A stretch of DNA of 64,000 nt, taken from contig JACKDX010000002.1 of NCBI GenBank assembly GCA_020633325.1, forward strand, positions 150,040-214,039. Reading direction: 5' to 3'. Every line of letters begins with the position of its first letter. Positions within the stretch are counted from its first letter, which is position 1. Below are positions 46,840-56,390 of the stretch, piece by piece. Source of the stretch: Myxococcales bacterium. Its GTDB lineage: Bacteria; Myxococcota_A; Polyangia; Polyangiales; GCA-016699535. The translations under genes were made by a program, and so were the position numbers. Below the pieces are notes generated by a model that ran no database searches, was not told the origin of the DNA, and was given only the letters and a program-made list of their open reading frames with translations.

Positions 46840-47553
46840 CTAAGCACTCCACCGGCGGCGCTCGAGTGAATGAAATGCTAGCGCCAGCGCCAGTCCGATG
46901 AGGGAGAGGAAATACAAGACATTTCGTGTATCGATCACGCCGCGGATCATACTGCGGAAATGATAGTTGATCGACAACCACTCGAAGACGGAAGCTGCGC
47001 CCCGAGGGAGAAACGGTACAAAGCGATCGATAAACCAAAATGCAAAACACAAGGCAATGCCAATGAAGAATGCAATGAGCTGATTCTCAGTCCAACTTGA
47101 GGCCAAAAGCCCAATACTCAACATGGCAGCGCCTTGAAGGGCCAGTGCCAAGTATCCGGTAAACACTGGGCCCCAGTCTAAGTTGCCGAGAGTGGAGACG
47201 CTAAGAGGGTATACAAATGTCACGGCCAACATGATTGCAAACAGGCTAAACGCAGCGAAAAACTTGCCCACAATTACCTGCCAATCCCGAATCGGCATGG
47301 TGATTAGGAGCTCCAGCGTCCCCCGACCCCGTTCTTCGGCCAGCGAACCCATGGTCATTGCAGGAGCAGCGAATACCGTTAGGAGAGAGACGACTTGGAA
47401 CAAGTCTCTGACGGTGGCACGCTTAACCAAAAAGAAGTCGGGCCAAAAAAAGACCCCAATCAAAAGCAAGAAAAGGCAGGTGACGATGTAGGCGACGGGA
47501 CCGCTGAAGTAACTGCGGAGCTGTCTTTTGGCGATGATGAGAGTTGCTTGCAT
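46840..47553 (-). CDS. ABC-2 type permease (GldF-like)
   Basis: AEERGRGTLELLITMP, GKFFA, SSWTENQL, GVIDTRNVLYF. Confidence 0.93.
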   Translation of the reverse strand: MQATLIIAKRQLRSYFSGPVAYIVTCLFLLLIGVFFWPDFFLVKRATVRDLFQVVSLLTVFAAPAMTMGSLAEERGRGTLELLITMPIRDWQVIVGKFFAAFSLFAIMLAVTFVYPLSVSTLGNLDWGPVFTGYLALALQGAAMLSIGLLASSWTENQLIAFFIGIALCFAFWFIDRFVPFLPRGAASVFEWLSINYHFRSMIRGVIDTRNVLYFLSLIGLALALAFHSLERRRWSA

Positions 47554-47566
47554 ATGGGCTCTAACT

Positions 47567-48565
47567 TTAGGCTGCTTTGGTTGCCGTGACGCTGTTGTTG
47601 GTCAGGGGCTCCTGATGGAGCGTCAATTGCCGAAATACTTCTTCGAGATCTTGGCCCTGTCGACTGAGCTCGGTGAGAACGATATTGCCTGACACCGCGG
47701 CCCGAAAGAGAGCTGCGCTCAGGTCATGAGCGCCGGTGGGTATGACCTCGAACCGTGTGCGGCCCTCGTGCTCGGGATGGGCGATCACGCGACTGACATG
47801 TTCAACATTATCCAAAATGGCTCGGGCTTGCTGGCGTGTGCTATCCGCGCCCTCGGTAAGTACGGTCACCGAAAAACGCGCGTGCCCTGCGCGGTTTTTT
47901 AGGTCTTCCGTACTGTCATCGGCCACGATTTTGCCTCGGGCGATGATGAGGACGCGCTCGCAGGTGAGTTGCACCTCTGCGAGATTGTGTGTGGAAAGAA
48001 CGACAGTCCGTTCCTTTCCAATTTCCTTAATTAACTCCCTGATTTCCGAGGCCTGGTTGGGATCAAGGCCGCTCAAGGGTTCATCCAGGATAAGGACGGC
48101 GGGCTCGTGTATCATCGCCTGCGCTAGACCGACGCGCTGCCGATATCCGCGAGACAGAACGCGGATGGGACGACCGACAACTTCTCCTAGGCCGGTTTGT
48201 TCGACCACACGTTTGATGGCTTTGGCGGCGGCCTCATTGCTCAACGCGCGCATCTGAGCAACGAAGCTCAAATACTCATAAACCATCATGTCTGAATAGA
48301 GCGGCGTATGCTCTGGCAAGTAACCAATCGCACGCCGAACACCAATCGAGTCATCAAACACGTCAAGACCATTAACCTTTGCTGTCCCGCTGCTTGGAGC
48401 GATGAAGCAGGTGAGTATTTTCATGGTCGTTGTTTTCCCAGCGCCATTGGGACCTAAAAATCCCAGCACTTCCCCCTTCCGAACTTGGAAGCTCACGTGG
48501 TCCACTGCGCGCACAGTGCCATAGTGTTTGCTGAGATTTATTGCCTCGATCATCACCTCGCTCAT
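47567..48565 (-). CDS. ABC transporter ATP-binding protein (GldA-like)
   Basis: GPNGAGKTT, LSRGYRQR, ILDEP.SGLDP, STH; GGAGG RBS before ATG 48565. Confidence 0.95.
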   Translation of the reverse strand: MSEVMIEAINLSKHYGTVRAVDHVSFQVRKGEVLGFLGPNGAGKTTTMKILTCFIAPSSGTAKVNGLDVFDDSIGVRRAIGYLPEHTPLYSDMMVYEYLSFVAQMRALSNEAAAKAIKRVVEQTGLGEVVGRPIRVLSRGYRQRVGLAQAMIHEPAVLILDEPLSGLDPNQASEIRELIKEIGKERTVVLSTHNLAEVQLTCERVLIIARGKIVADDSTEDLKNRAGHARFSVTVLTEGADSTRQQARAILDNVEHVSRVIAHPEHEGRTRFEVIPTGAHDLSAALFRAAVSGNIVLTELSRQGQDLEEVFRQLTLHQEPLTNNSVTATKAA

Positions 48566-48623
48566 GGCTTCACTTTGCCTCCCAGGCGCATTTCCTTGCG
48601 GAACCTGACGGAACCTCGGGCGG

Positions 48624-48651
48624 ATGTTAGCCCGAGGCCTGGCTCTGTCAA
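48624..48651 (-). promoter_or_regulatory. sigma70-type promoter of the Gld-type ABC operon
   Basis: Minus strand TTGACA-N16-TAACAT; the -10 is bracketed by an 8-bp inverted repeat. Confidence 0.55.
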
Positions 48652-48757
48652 GGCAGTTATTATGAATAGTGACTGCCCCTTGGCGCGTGTGCTGAACCAC
48701 GCTTAAGGGTTAACGGAGCCGACGGTGGCTATGAGTGAGCTTCTGACGCCCTCCGCT

Positions 48758-49129
48758 CTAAGAGCGGGTGCGGAACGACCAGGTGTACGTGGCAATCCCT
48801 TTTTGCTCGTCGGGGGGACTCAGTTGCAAATCCACCAACGCATTGAGTACGCATTCCTGAAGCACCTGGGGCGCGGTGGTTTCCTCCTCAAGGATGGTGG
48901 CGTTCGTGAACGTGCCGGTGTCCTCGGCCACATCGAACTTGACGACTACATCCCCACGTAATCCCTGATCGCGGCTGAGCGCGCTGTTGTAGCAGGACTG
49001 GATTTGGGAATCGCGCGTCGCGAGGACCTCTCGGGTGTCTTGCTGATAACGATCCTGGCTGCGCATGGCAAACCCTGCGCTGCACGCACTCAAACCGAGT
49101 GCCATGAGTAGTGATGCCGCGGTTTTCAT
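48758..49129 (-). CDS. Small lipoprotein with AgmX/PglI (TonB-C-like) domain
   Basis: LSAC lipobox; IQSCYNSAL..G.VVVKF.V..G......ECVL..L....YTWSF. Confidence 0.85.
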   Translation of the reverse strand: MKTAASLLMALGLSACSAGFAMRSQDRYQQDTREVLATRDSQIQSCYNSALSRDQGLRGDVVVKFDVAEDTGTFTNATILEEETTAPQVLQECVLNALVDLQLSPPDEQKGIATYTWSFRTRS

Positions 49130-49131
49130 AG

Positions 49132-49884
49132 TTATTCCTCCCCTTTTTGGGTCTCTGGCTCAGGGTTTTCTGCCGGGTCAGCGTTCTCTTTCTTTGGCAT
49201 GGCTGTCTCGGCTTGTTTTTTTTCGGGAGACTTCGTTTCCTTGTCCTCAGCAGGTTCCGTTTGCGGGGCGGGAGGAGTCTTGAGCTCGGAGTTGCTCACA
49301 TCCTTTGTATCCTTGGCGAGCACTTTTTGTTTGCCGGTTTTCGGATCTACGGCCACCTTCGTGGTGGTGACCTCTTGGCGGGTGATAATAAACTCCACGC
49401 GACGATTGGCTTCTCTACCCGCGTCGGTGGCATTGTCTGCGATAGGCTGCTCTTCGCCAAATCCCTGAGCGACCAGGCGTTCCGCTGCGATGCCGCCTTT
49501 ATCGACGAGGTGATTGAGCACAGCCTGGGCGCGTGCTTGAGAAAGTTTGAGATTGTACTCATCACTGCCTTCGGAGCTGGCGTGGCCCTCGATACGGATC
49601 TTCTTGATGTGAGGGTTCTTGGCGATGGTTTCGGCGATCTCGCGGAGCAGATCAAAAGATTCTTCCTTGATGACTGCCTTGTCGAATTCAAACTGAATCT
49701 TTTCATGGATGACAATACGGTTGTCTTTGACCTCGACCCGTGGGGGAGGTGCGGAGGCTTGGGGCGTCTGCCCTTCGATGGTGACGGGCGTGGTCCCGCG
49801 GAACACCTGGGGATCACTTGAGCAGCCGGCGGTGAGCAGACCAGAGACACCCAACACCACGAGACCAAAAGATACGTGTTTCAT
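49132..49884 (-). CDS. OmpA-family (peptidoglycan-binding) lipoprotein
   Basis: TAGC lipobox; IQFEFDKA, IEGHAS, N.KLSQARA, GFGEEQP, NRRVEF. Confidence 0.93.
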   Translation of the reverse strand: MKHVSFGLVVLGVSGLLTAGCSSDPQVFRGTTPVTIEGQTPQASAPPPRVEVKDNRIVIHEKIQFEFDKAVIKEESFDLLREIAETIAKNPHIKKIRIEGHASSEGSDEYNLKLSQARAQAVLNHLVDKGGIAAERLVAQGFGEEQPIADNATDAGREANRRVEFIITRQEVTTTKVAVDPKTGKQKVLAKDTKDVSNSELKTPPAPQTEPAEDKETKSPEKKQAETAMPKKENADPAENPEPETQKGEE

Positions 49885-50019
49885 GCGCCGAGGACTACCA
49901 CAGAGCTCGGCGGCTGCCAACCGCACAAAAGCCCACAGATGGAGGCGGCGGAAATCATTGAATTGATGTACTATCGCGACATCTCTTGCTTTCTTTGACT
50001 CCCGGCGCTAGCGAGCGGC

Positions 50020-50739
50020 ATGCGTGTTCTTGGAATAGATACCTCATCGGCCTTAGCTTCGGTGGCGGTGCTCGAGGACGGGCAGCTTGTCACTGAAATC
50101 AGTGCGTCTGTCCAGGCCAGGTGCGGCGAAACGCTGCTTCCTTACGTATCACAGGCGCTTGCGATGTCTAAAGTGGCGGTCAAGGAGTTAGATCTTGTGG
50201 CGGTGGGTATAGGGCCTGGTTCGTTCACCGGGACGCGTATCGGCGTGGCAACGGCCAAGGGTCTTGCTTTGGGCGCGGAGCTTCCCCTCGTGGGTGTCGT
50301 GTCGCTGAGAGCCTTGGCCGGTGGGCTCATGGGCCAGCCAGGAATCGCGGCAACGGTTATCGATGCCTATAAAGACGAGGTCTATTATGCCGCCTACCGC
50401 CGGAACGTTGAAGGAACCCTGCTGGAGCTTCTCTCGCCCCATCATGCGACGCCAGAAAAAGCGGCGCGGGATCTTCGGACTTTCATCCCCGCCGAGCACG
50501 CATTCGGCATATGCGGGAGCGGATTTCGCCGCTATCAGCGTACGTTCGTCGAGGGTCTGGCCCAACCCTATACAGTGGCGCCCGTGGGTTACGATACCGT
50601 TCGGGCATTTATCATTGCTCACGAAGGCGCGCTGTCATATCAACAGCATGGCGCGGACGACCTCAGCGAGCTTGAGCCATGCTATGTGCGATCCAGTGAC
50701 GCCAAGTTGCCCGCGTTAAATCAGGCTCGCGTCACCTGA
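50020..50739 (+). CDS. tsaB: t6A37 biosynthesis protein TsaB
   Basis: LGIDTS, GIGPGSFTGTRIG, IDA..DEVY, LEPCYVR. Confidence 0.95.
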   Translation: MRVLGIDTSSALASVAVLEDGQLVTEISASVQARCGETLLPYVSQALAMSKVAVKELDLVAVGIGPGSFTGTRIGVATAKGLALGAELPLVGVVSLRALAGGLMGQPGIAATVIDAYKDEVYYAAYRRNVEGTLLELLSPHHATPEKAARDLRTFIPAEHAFGICGSGFRRYQRTFVEGLAQPYTVAPVGYDTVRAFIIAHEGALSYQQHGADDLSELEPCYVRSSDAKLPALNQARVT

Positions 50740-50752
50740 AAGGAGTGGTTAC

Positions 50753-51238
50753 ATGCCCACGTTTGATATCGTTTCGGAGCTGAATGTTCATGAGGTGGAC
50801 AATGCGGTCCAGCAGGCAGCGAAAGAGGTCGCTCAGCGCTTCGATTTTCGTGGCACTGACACCGAGATCGAAAAAGTGGAAAATGCCATCGTCTTGCGCT
50901 CAAACAGCGAGGGTCGACTCGAGGCGGCGCTTGAGGTTTTGAAGGATAAGTTCGTCAAGCGTAAAGTATCTTTGCGTGCAATGGATCCTCAGCTTCCTGA
51001 ACCGGGAGCCAAGGGAACGTTGAAACAAACAATTAAGCTAAAAGAGGGCATTGCGCAGGAGACGGCCAAGAAGATTGTGCAGGCGATCAAAAGCCAGAAG
51101 TTAAAAGTCCAGGCAAGTATGCAAGGAGAGCAGATACGAGTAACCGGCAAGAAGCGCGATGATTTGCAGGATGTCATTGCACTGATGAAGAACCAGGATT
51201 TTGGCCTCGATCTGCAATACATCAATTTTCGTGATTAG
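50753..51238 (+). CDS. yajQ: YajQ family nucleotide/c-di-GMP-binding protein
   Basis: MPTFDIVSE, RFDFRG, KVQASMQGEQIRVTGKKRDDLQ, NFRD. Confidence 0.97.
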   Translation: MPTFDIVSELNVHEVDNAVQQAAKEVAQRFDFRGTDTEIEKVENAIVLRSNSEGRLEAALEVLKDKFVKRKVSLRAMDPQLPEPGAKGTLKQTIKLKEGIAQETAKKIVQAIKSQKLKVQASMQGEQIRVTGKKRDDLQDVIALMKNQDFGLDLQYINFRD

Positions 51239-51249
51239 CGCGCGTCCGA

Positions 51250-52665
51250 TCAGTCATGGGGAAGGGCACCCCCCGGTGCTCTTAAATACACAAAGGGCGT
51301 CTGAGCGACGAGGTTAGAGAGCCGAGACGTATAAATGTCGGCATAGCGCTCAATCTGGCGCGCGAGATAGCTCTTGTCATTCCCTGCGCGCATCAAGGGA
51401 CCCCAAACGGGGCTGGTCAATTGCGACGCCTCCCTGGCTAACGGCGCGATGCGCCCATCAAGCGCCAGCAGTTTCGCACGCAATCCTTGGATGGATCTTC
51501 GGATCTCCCGCCCCTTGCGCTTGGGTTGCGGGCCATAGCCATAAGACTGCCGCTGAAGGTCAAGTCGTAAAAGAGAATACTCATGCTCAAGCAGCTCTTT
51601 TTGCAGCATGAGTTTGCGCAGGGTCTGGTGCTTGGCCTGAAATGCCTTATTGCTTTCGAGATCTTGCTCGAGCTCTCGAACAATCAGCGCGGTGCGCCAG
51701 CGAAGGATATTCTTAGATACCAACACGTCCGCATACAGGTGGTCGCCAATATAAAGTATTTCCTCGCCCGATAAGCCCAGGCCTTCTTCAACCAAAGAGG
51801 CGCTACCGCCGAGGTAGACGCCTTGGTCCCGAAGGCGTCCGACAAAGGGGCGAAGCAAACCGTGCTCCTCATCGACCACTTCAAAAATAGATTTATCGAT
51901 GTTGAAGAAATCCGGCTTGCGGGCCTCGACGATGACGAGATCAAACAAATCGCGCCATGTCATACCGCCGGGCAAAAAGCGATCAAACGCATAGCGCATC
52001 ATGGCTTGGGTGTAGTTCCATTCGGAATTGGTGATCAGCAACAGCTTTTTCCCCGAATATTTGATGTCCAGCAAGGCCAAGGGCACTTCAGCGTTAAGCT
52101 CCACGAAAAGCTCTGGACGGTTGATGATCTCGGCCTTCAGCGAACCCTCCATATGGGCTTCATCGATTCTCGATCGCACTATTTTGTATAATCCGCTGTA
52201 GCCGAGCTGTGAGCTCAACTTGCCTTTGTCGAGTAGATCAACCATTTGCGAGTAAAGACAGGCTTCCGAGAGCGCGAACAATGTATTCATGAACTGCCAT
52301 CGGGGATCCGCAAGGTCTATCCGGATGCGACTGTAGACCGCTCGCTGCTCATCAAAGTTTAGCGGTGTCGTGCCGTGACATGCGCGCTTGATATATCCGA
52401 AACGATCGGCTTTCACGACGTTTCCAAGTTCGGTGTCGATGATGAGTCCAAGCTTGATCAACCGGGGGTCGAACTGGAGCCTTTTGACGGGGAACCCGTC
52501 CTCAGCTAAACGCTTGCGGACGGCCAGATAGGCGCGACGCTCCCACTCTTCCGTATGGTAGTGAATGAGCGTGTAATCCATGTCGAAGCCCACGGCTTTG
52601 ATGGAACGGAAATTAAGAGTGCGATTACAGAAAATACGCTGTTGCGGTGGCGGGAGCTCGATCAT
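51250..52665 (-). CDS. HAD-IG family 5'-nucleotidase
   Basis: GFDMDYTL, LITNS, KPDFF, YIGDHLYADV, RYADIYTS. Confidence 0.93.
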   Translation of the reverse strand: MIELPPPQQRIFCNRTLNFRSIKAVGFDMDYTLIHYHTEEWERRAYLAVRKRLAEDGFPVKRLQFDPRLIKLGLIIDTELGNVVKADRFGYIKRACHGTTPLNFDEQRAVYSRIRIDLADPRWQFMNTLFALSEACLYSQMVDLLDKGKLSSQLGYSGLYKIVRSRIDEAHMEGSLKAEIINRPELFVELNAEVPLALLDIKYSGKKLLLITNSEWNYTQAMMRYAFDRFLPGGMTWRDLFDLVIVEARKPDFFNIDKSIFEVVDEEHGLLRPFVGRLRDQGVYLGGSASLVEEGLGLSGEEILYIGDHLYADVLVSKNILRWRTALIVRELEQDLESNKAFQAKHQTLRKLMLQKELLEHEYSLLRLDLQRQSYGYGPQPKRKGREIRRSIQGLRAKLLALDGRIAPLAREASQLTSPVWGPLMRAGNDKSYLARQIERYADIYTSRLSNLVAQTPFVYLRAPGGALPHD

Positions 52666-53432
52666 CGTGATGGCAGCTTTCCAAAATCGGGTTTGCGCTT
52701 TTCAAAAAACGCCAGCAAGGCTTCGGCGGCCTCGGCCGATTTTAAGCGTTCGAGAAATATGCGTGTCTCGCGTTCCATTTGCTTCCGTACTTGGGGCAAT
52801 TGAGCCGACTTCAGCAGATACTTGCTTTGTTGCACGGAGGCCGAGGGCAGCCTCACCAATGCATCTAACTTCGCTTCGACATAGGCATTTAGGAGATCAG
52901 GCGCAACCACCTTATTGATCATTCCCATGCTTAGTGCAGCTTCGGCGTCAAACGGCTCAGACAGCAAGAGCAGTTCTGCCGCACGGGGGTATCCGACCAG
53001 CTGGGGCAAAAGGTAGCTAGATGCCGCTTCGGGTACGAGTCCGAGTTGGGTAAACGGAAACTGAAATCGCGCGCGCGGGGTGGCATACACGAGATCGCAA
53101 TGCAAGAGCATCGAGGTGCCAATGCCCATGGCGTAGCCGTCCACCATAGCCACCAGCGGTTTCGGAAAAAGCATCAACTGCTCCAAAAATTGCAATAGCG
53201 GTGAAGCGCTGCGTTTCGGCGGGTCTCTTTGCAGTTCCTCAAGGTCGTTACCGCTGGTAAAAACCTGACCGCTTCCCGTAATAAGCACCGCCCGCACTGT
53301 CTCGTCGTGTTGCGCGCGCTTTAATGACACGGTCAGCTCGGTATACATGGCCAACGTGAGTGCGTTCTTCTTCTCCGGTCGATGGAGGCGAAGCGTCAGA
53401 CAGTGATTGTGGTGTTGACTAAGAATGGACAT
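52662..53432 (-). CDS. Enoyl-CoA hydratase/isomerase family protein
   Basis: RPEKKNAL, FTSGNDL, GYAMGIG, LGLVPEAASS. Confidence 0.93.
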   Translation of the reverse strand: MSILSQHHNHCLTLRLHRPEKKNALTLAMYTELTVSLKRAQHDETVRAVLITGSGQVFTSGNDLEELQRDPPKRSASPLLQFLEQLMLFPKPLVAMVDGYAMGIGTSMLLHCDLVYATPRARFQFPFTQLGLVPEAASSYLLPQLVGYPRAAELLLLSEPFDAEAALSMGMINKVVAPDLLNAYVEAKLDALVRLPSASVQQSKYLLKSAQLPQVRKQMERETRIFLERLKSAEAAEALLAFFEKRKPDFGKLPSR

Positions 53433-53436
53433 AGGT

Positions 53437-54861
53437 CTAACTAGGGGTGGTTGTCACCTCTTGGGCAATTTGATCGTAGTAACGGGCCACGCGATTCCAG
53501 GAATAATCACTCTTCATGAGACGCGCTTGGAGGTGTCGAAACCCCACGGGATCGGCAAATGCTCCTAGCGCACGCTGGCAGGTCGCAAGCAACGCGGCTG
53601 CCGCAGTCTCGTCATAAACAAAACCTGTCCCCGTTTCCATACGAACATCACAATCGACGATATCCCCGCCTAGCGGCAAGGTGCTTGGCGCAATCGGGGC
53701 GGCGCCATACCGCATCGCGGCTAAGGTAAGTGCGGGATCCTCCATGTCTGGCGGCACGAGGAATAAATCGCCCCCCGCGAGTATCTGGTGCACTTTTTGC
53801 TCTGTATCCATCGGCGCTTGCGCAAAACGATCGGGAAATTTGTCGCGCAGTGAATCAACGTACGGCGCTTGCACCTCTAAAGACTGCATGAGCAGGATTT
53901 GCACGTCGTTACGCAGTAACGCAATCAGCACTTCCACAAAGGAAGGCTTTGAGGCTTCTAGAGATGGCATCAAAGCCACAAGAAGCGGCACTTCTGTCCG
54001 TAACGGTAGGGCGTAAAGCGATTGAATTGCGGTTTTACAGCGAACCTTCCCGCTAAGATCGCTGACGTCGTAGGGAAAGGCGATCAGACGGTCCTTGGAC
54101 GGGTCCCACACTCCCCCGTCGATGCCGTAAGGAATGCCTAAAGGCGGCGACAGGCGCTCTTTGAAGATTCGAGATAGACCATGCGCGAAAGGCTCAGAGA
54201 GCAAAGAAGTCGCCTGCGATGCGCCCATAGTCAACACCCGGTCCGAGCTCCGCACCGCTGCCGCGACAAGGTTCAACGAGCCACCGTAAATGAGATCTCC
54301 TGAATACCCCTGCTGAGACAGTCCCAAAGCGCTCAGCATGATCTCCGGAAGCCGTCCCTGATGTTGCAGATCATAGACGCTATAGAGAGTTGGTAAACTC
54401 GCTGTTCGGTGCTTAGAAATTACGGCCCCGAGCGCCATGGGCCAATCGTGCCAATGCACCAAGTCAAAATGCTCCTTTCGCTCATTGAGCCACTGCGCGG
54501 CTGCAGACGCAAAGACCAGCATGCGCAGAATACAATCTTCATTGCTGTCATCTTTTGGGTCGTAGGGCCGCTCAAACAACGAGCGATTGTCCAGAAAGAC
54601 CGTGGTGACTCCGCTAGCGCTGCGGCCATCGTAGATGTGAAACTCTCGAATGTGCTGACCCAGTGTCACATGAATGGAGTCAAGACGCCGGGCAAGTGAA
54701 AGCGCTTTCGCATTGATGGAAGGGTACAAAGGAGACAGAAGCGTCACATCGTGATTGAGATGCCTAAGCGCGTGGCTCAACCCGGAGCTGACTTTGGCCG
54801 CCGGGCTTGCGCCATAGGGAGCGATGTCTGGACTCACGCAAAGAATGTGCATAGGGTCCAC
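53437..54861 (-). CDS. Glycogen synthase-like GT5 protein, degenerate motifs
   Basis: DLVHWHDW, VYDLQHQG, GIPYGIDGGVWDP, AGGDLFLVP, AMRYG, GTGF, DYSW; KxGGL motif absent. Confidence 0.85.
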   Translation of the reverse strand: MDPMHILCVSPDIAPYGASPAAKVSSGLSHALRHLNHDVTLLSPLYPSINAKALSLARRLDSIHVTLGQHIREFHIYDGRSASGVTTVFLDNRSLFERPYDPKDDSNEDCILRMLVFASAAAQWLNERKEHFDLVHWHDWPMALGAVISKHRTASLPTLYSVYDLQHQGRLPEIMLSALGLSQQGYSGDLIYGGSLNLVAAAVRSSDRVLTMGASQATSLLSEPFAHGLSRIFKERLSPPLGIPYGIDGGVWDPSKDRLIAFPYDVSDLSGKVRCKTAIQSLYALPLRTEVPLLVALMPSLEASKPSFVEVLIALLRNDVQILLMQSLEVQAPYVDSLRDKFPDRFAQAPMDTEQKVHQILAGGDLFLVPPDMEDPALTLAAMRYGAAPIAPSTLPLGGDIVDCDVRMETGTGFVYDETAAAALLATCQRALGAFADPVGFRHLQARLMKSDYSWNRVARYYDQIAQEVTTTPS

Positions 54862-54910
54862 TCTATACCGTTCTCTTGTCGAGAAACCAAACCTGGTTTG
54901 TTAATCGCCC

Positions 54911-55288
54911 ATGGCAACAAGTCCCACCAAAGTTGCGATCTTACTGGTCGATCATGGAAGCACCCGTGAAGAAGCTAACCGGTGTTTGCCGCAGATCGCC
55001 GAACTTCTGCAGGCGCGAATTGGCGCCGACATTCTGGTGACCTATGCGCACATGGAACTCGCCTCGCCAAACATTGCCCAGGCTATTGCAAGGTGCCGAA
55101 AGTCAGGCATCACCGACATGGTGGTGCATCCGTACATGCTCGCACCCGGAAGGCACGCGAGCACCGACATCCCCAATCTCGTGGCCGATGCAGCCTATCC
55201 GGGCCTCAAGGTCCGCATCACTGACGCATTGGGGGTGCACCCCGCTCTTGTGGACGCCATAATGGACCGATGTGGTGTGGTGCCATGA
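54911..55288 (+). CDS. cbiX: Sirohydrochlorin chelatase (CbiX/SirB short form)
   Basis: LLVDHGS, AHMELASP, HPYMLAPGRH...DIP, LGVHP. Confidence 0.9.
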   Translation: MATSPTKVAILLVDHGSTREEANRCLPQIAELLQARIGADILVTYAHMELASPNIAQAIARCRKSGITDMVVHPYMLAPGRHASTDIPNLVADAAYPGLKVRITDALGVHPALVDAIMDRCGVVP

Positions 55289-56286
55289 CTGCCCCGGATG
55301 CGGTGTTGCTCTTATCGTTTGGAGGCCCGGAAGGCCCCGATGAGGTCATGCCTTTTTTGAGGCACGTCGTAAAAGGACGCAATGTGCCCGACTCAAGGCT
55401 CGCTAAAGTTGCTGAGGGCTATGCGGAAATGGGCGGGATAAGCCCCATCAATGAACAAAACCGCCGCTTACGAACTGCCTTGGAGCGCGCGCTTAGAACG
55501 AGTGGGTCCAATCTTCCAGTGTATTTTGGCAATCGTCATTGGCATCCGTTCCTAAGCGATACCCTTGCGAAAATGACTGCAGATGGGATCGAACAAGCGG
55601 TGGTGTTTGTGACCTCACCGTATAGCTCGTATTCGTCCTGCCGGCAGTATCTAGAGGCGATGGCGGACGCGCAGCGCGCTCAGGGGACTCGAGCCCCCGA
55701 GCTGTTTAAGCTGCGTCCTTTCTACAATCATCCGGAGTTTATTAGAGCGTGGGTCGACCGCGCGCGCGAACCTCTTGCTGCCTTGCAACACAAAGCTGGA
55801 CCCAAAGGGGTTTCGCTACTGTTCAGCGCGCACAGTATTCCTCTTAGCATCGCAAGAAACTGTGACTATGTGATGCAGCTAGGCGAAGTCGCGCGCCTTG
55901 TGGCTGGGGAGCTTGGTCCAACACGTTTTTCACTGGCGTTTCAAAGCCGTAGCGGCTCGCCCCAAATTCCCTGGCTTGAGCCCGACATCAACGATGCACT
56001 CGCGAAAGCGCAGACAGCGGGGGAAACGCATGTGCTGATGATCCCGATTGGTTTTGTTTCAGATCACATGGAGGTGGTTTACGATCTCGATCGCGGTTCG
56101 CTGCCCCTAGCGCGGCGTAATGGGCTAGAAGTGGAGCGGGCTCAGACGGTGGGTGACCATCCTGCTATGGTGCAGATGATTGAGGAGCTTATTCGTGAGC
56201 ACACCCACGGGCTAACGCCGCGTGCGGTCGGTCGTTTTGGAGCCAGGGGGGCGCCCTGTGCCCCAGATTGCTGCCCCCTCGCGTAG
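55285..56286 (+). CDS. hemH: Ferrochelatase
   Basis: LLSFGGPE, GG.SPIN, GNRHW.P, FSAHSIP, FQSRSG..WLEPD, GFVSDHME; ATGA overlap with cbiX. Confidence 0.95.
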   Translation: MTAPDAVLLLSFGGPEGPDEVMPFLRHVVKGRNVPDSRLAKVAEGYAEMGGISPINEQNRRLRTALERALRTSGSNLPVYFGNRHWHPFLSDTLAKMTADGIEQAVVFVTSPYSSYSSCRQYLEAMADAQRAQGTRAPELFKLRPFYNHPEFIRAWVDRAREPLAALQHKAGPKGVSLLFSAHSIPLSIARNCDYVMQLGEVARLVAGELGPTRFSLAFQSRSGSPQIPWLEPDINDALAKAQTAGETHVLMIPIGFVSDHMEVVYDLDRGSLPLARRNGLEVERAQTVGDHPAMVQMIEELIREHTHGLTPRAVGRFGARGAPCAPDCCPLA

Positions 56287-56390
56287 CCAAAGCAGCGCCG
56301 TACAAGCGAGAGGCCCTTTTCATTGAGCGTGCTAGGGGCGCAAGCGCATCTCGGCGCCACTGCGTGGTATCCGGCGCTTGACAGGCCTTC

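Noticed and set aside
48583-48610. Resemblance to SRP RNA helix 8 (TCAGGTTCCGCAAGGAAATGC)
   Set aside because: The symmetric-loop bases (AGCAG side) and GGAA tetraloop do not match and there is no long closing stem; more likely a 5' UTR hairpin
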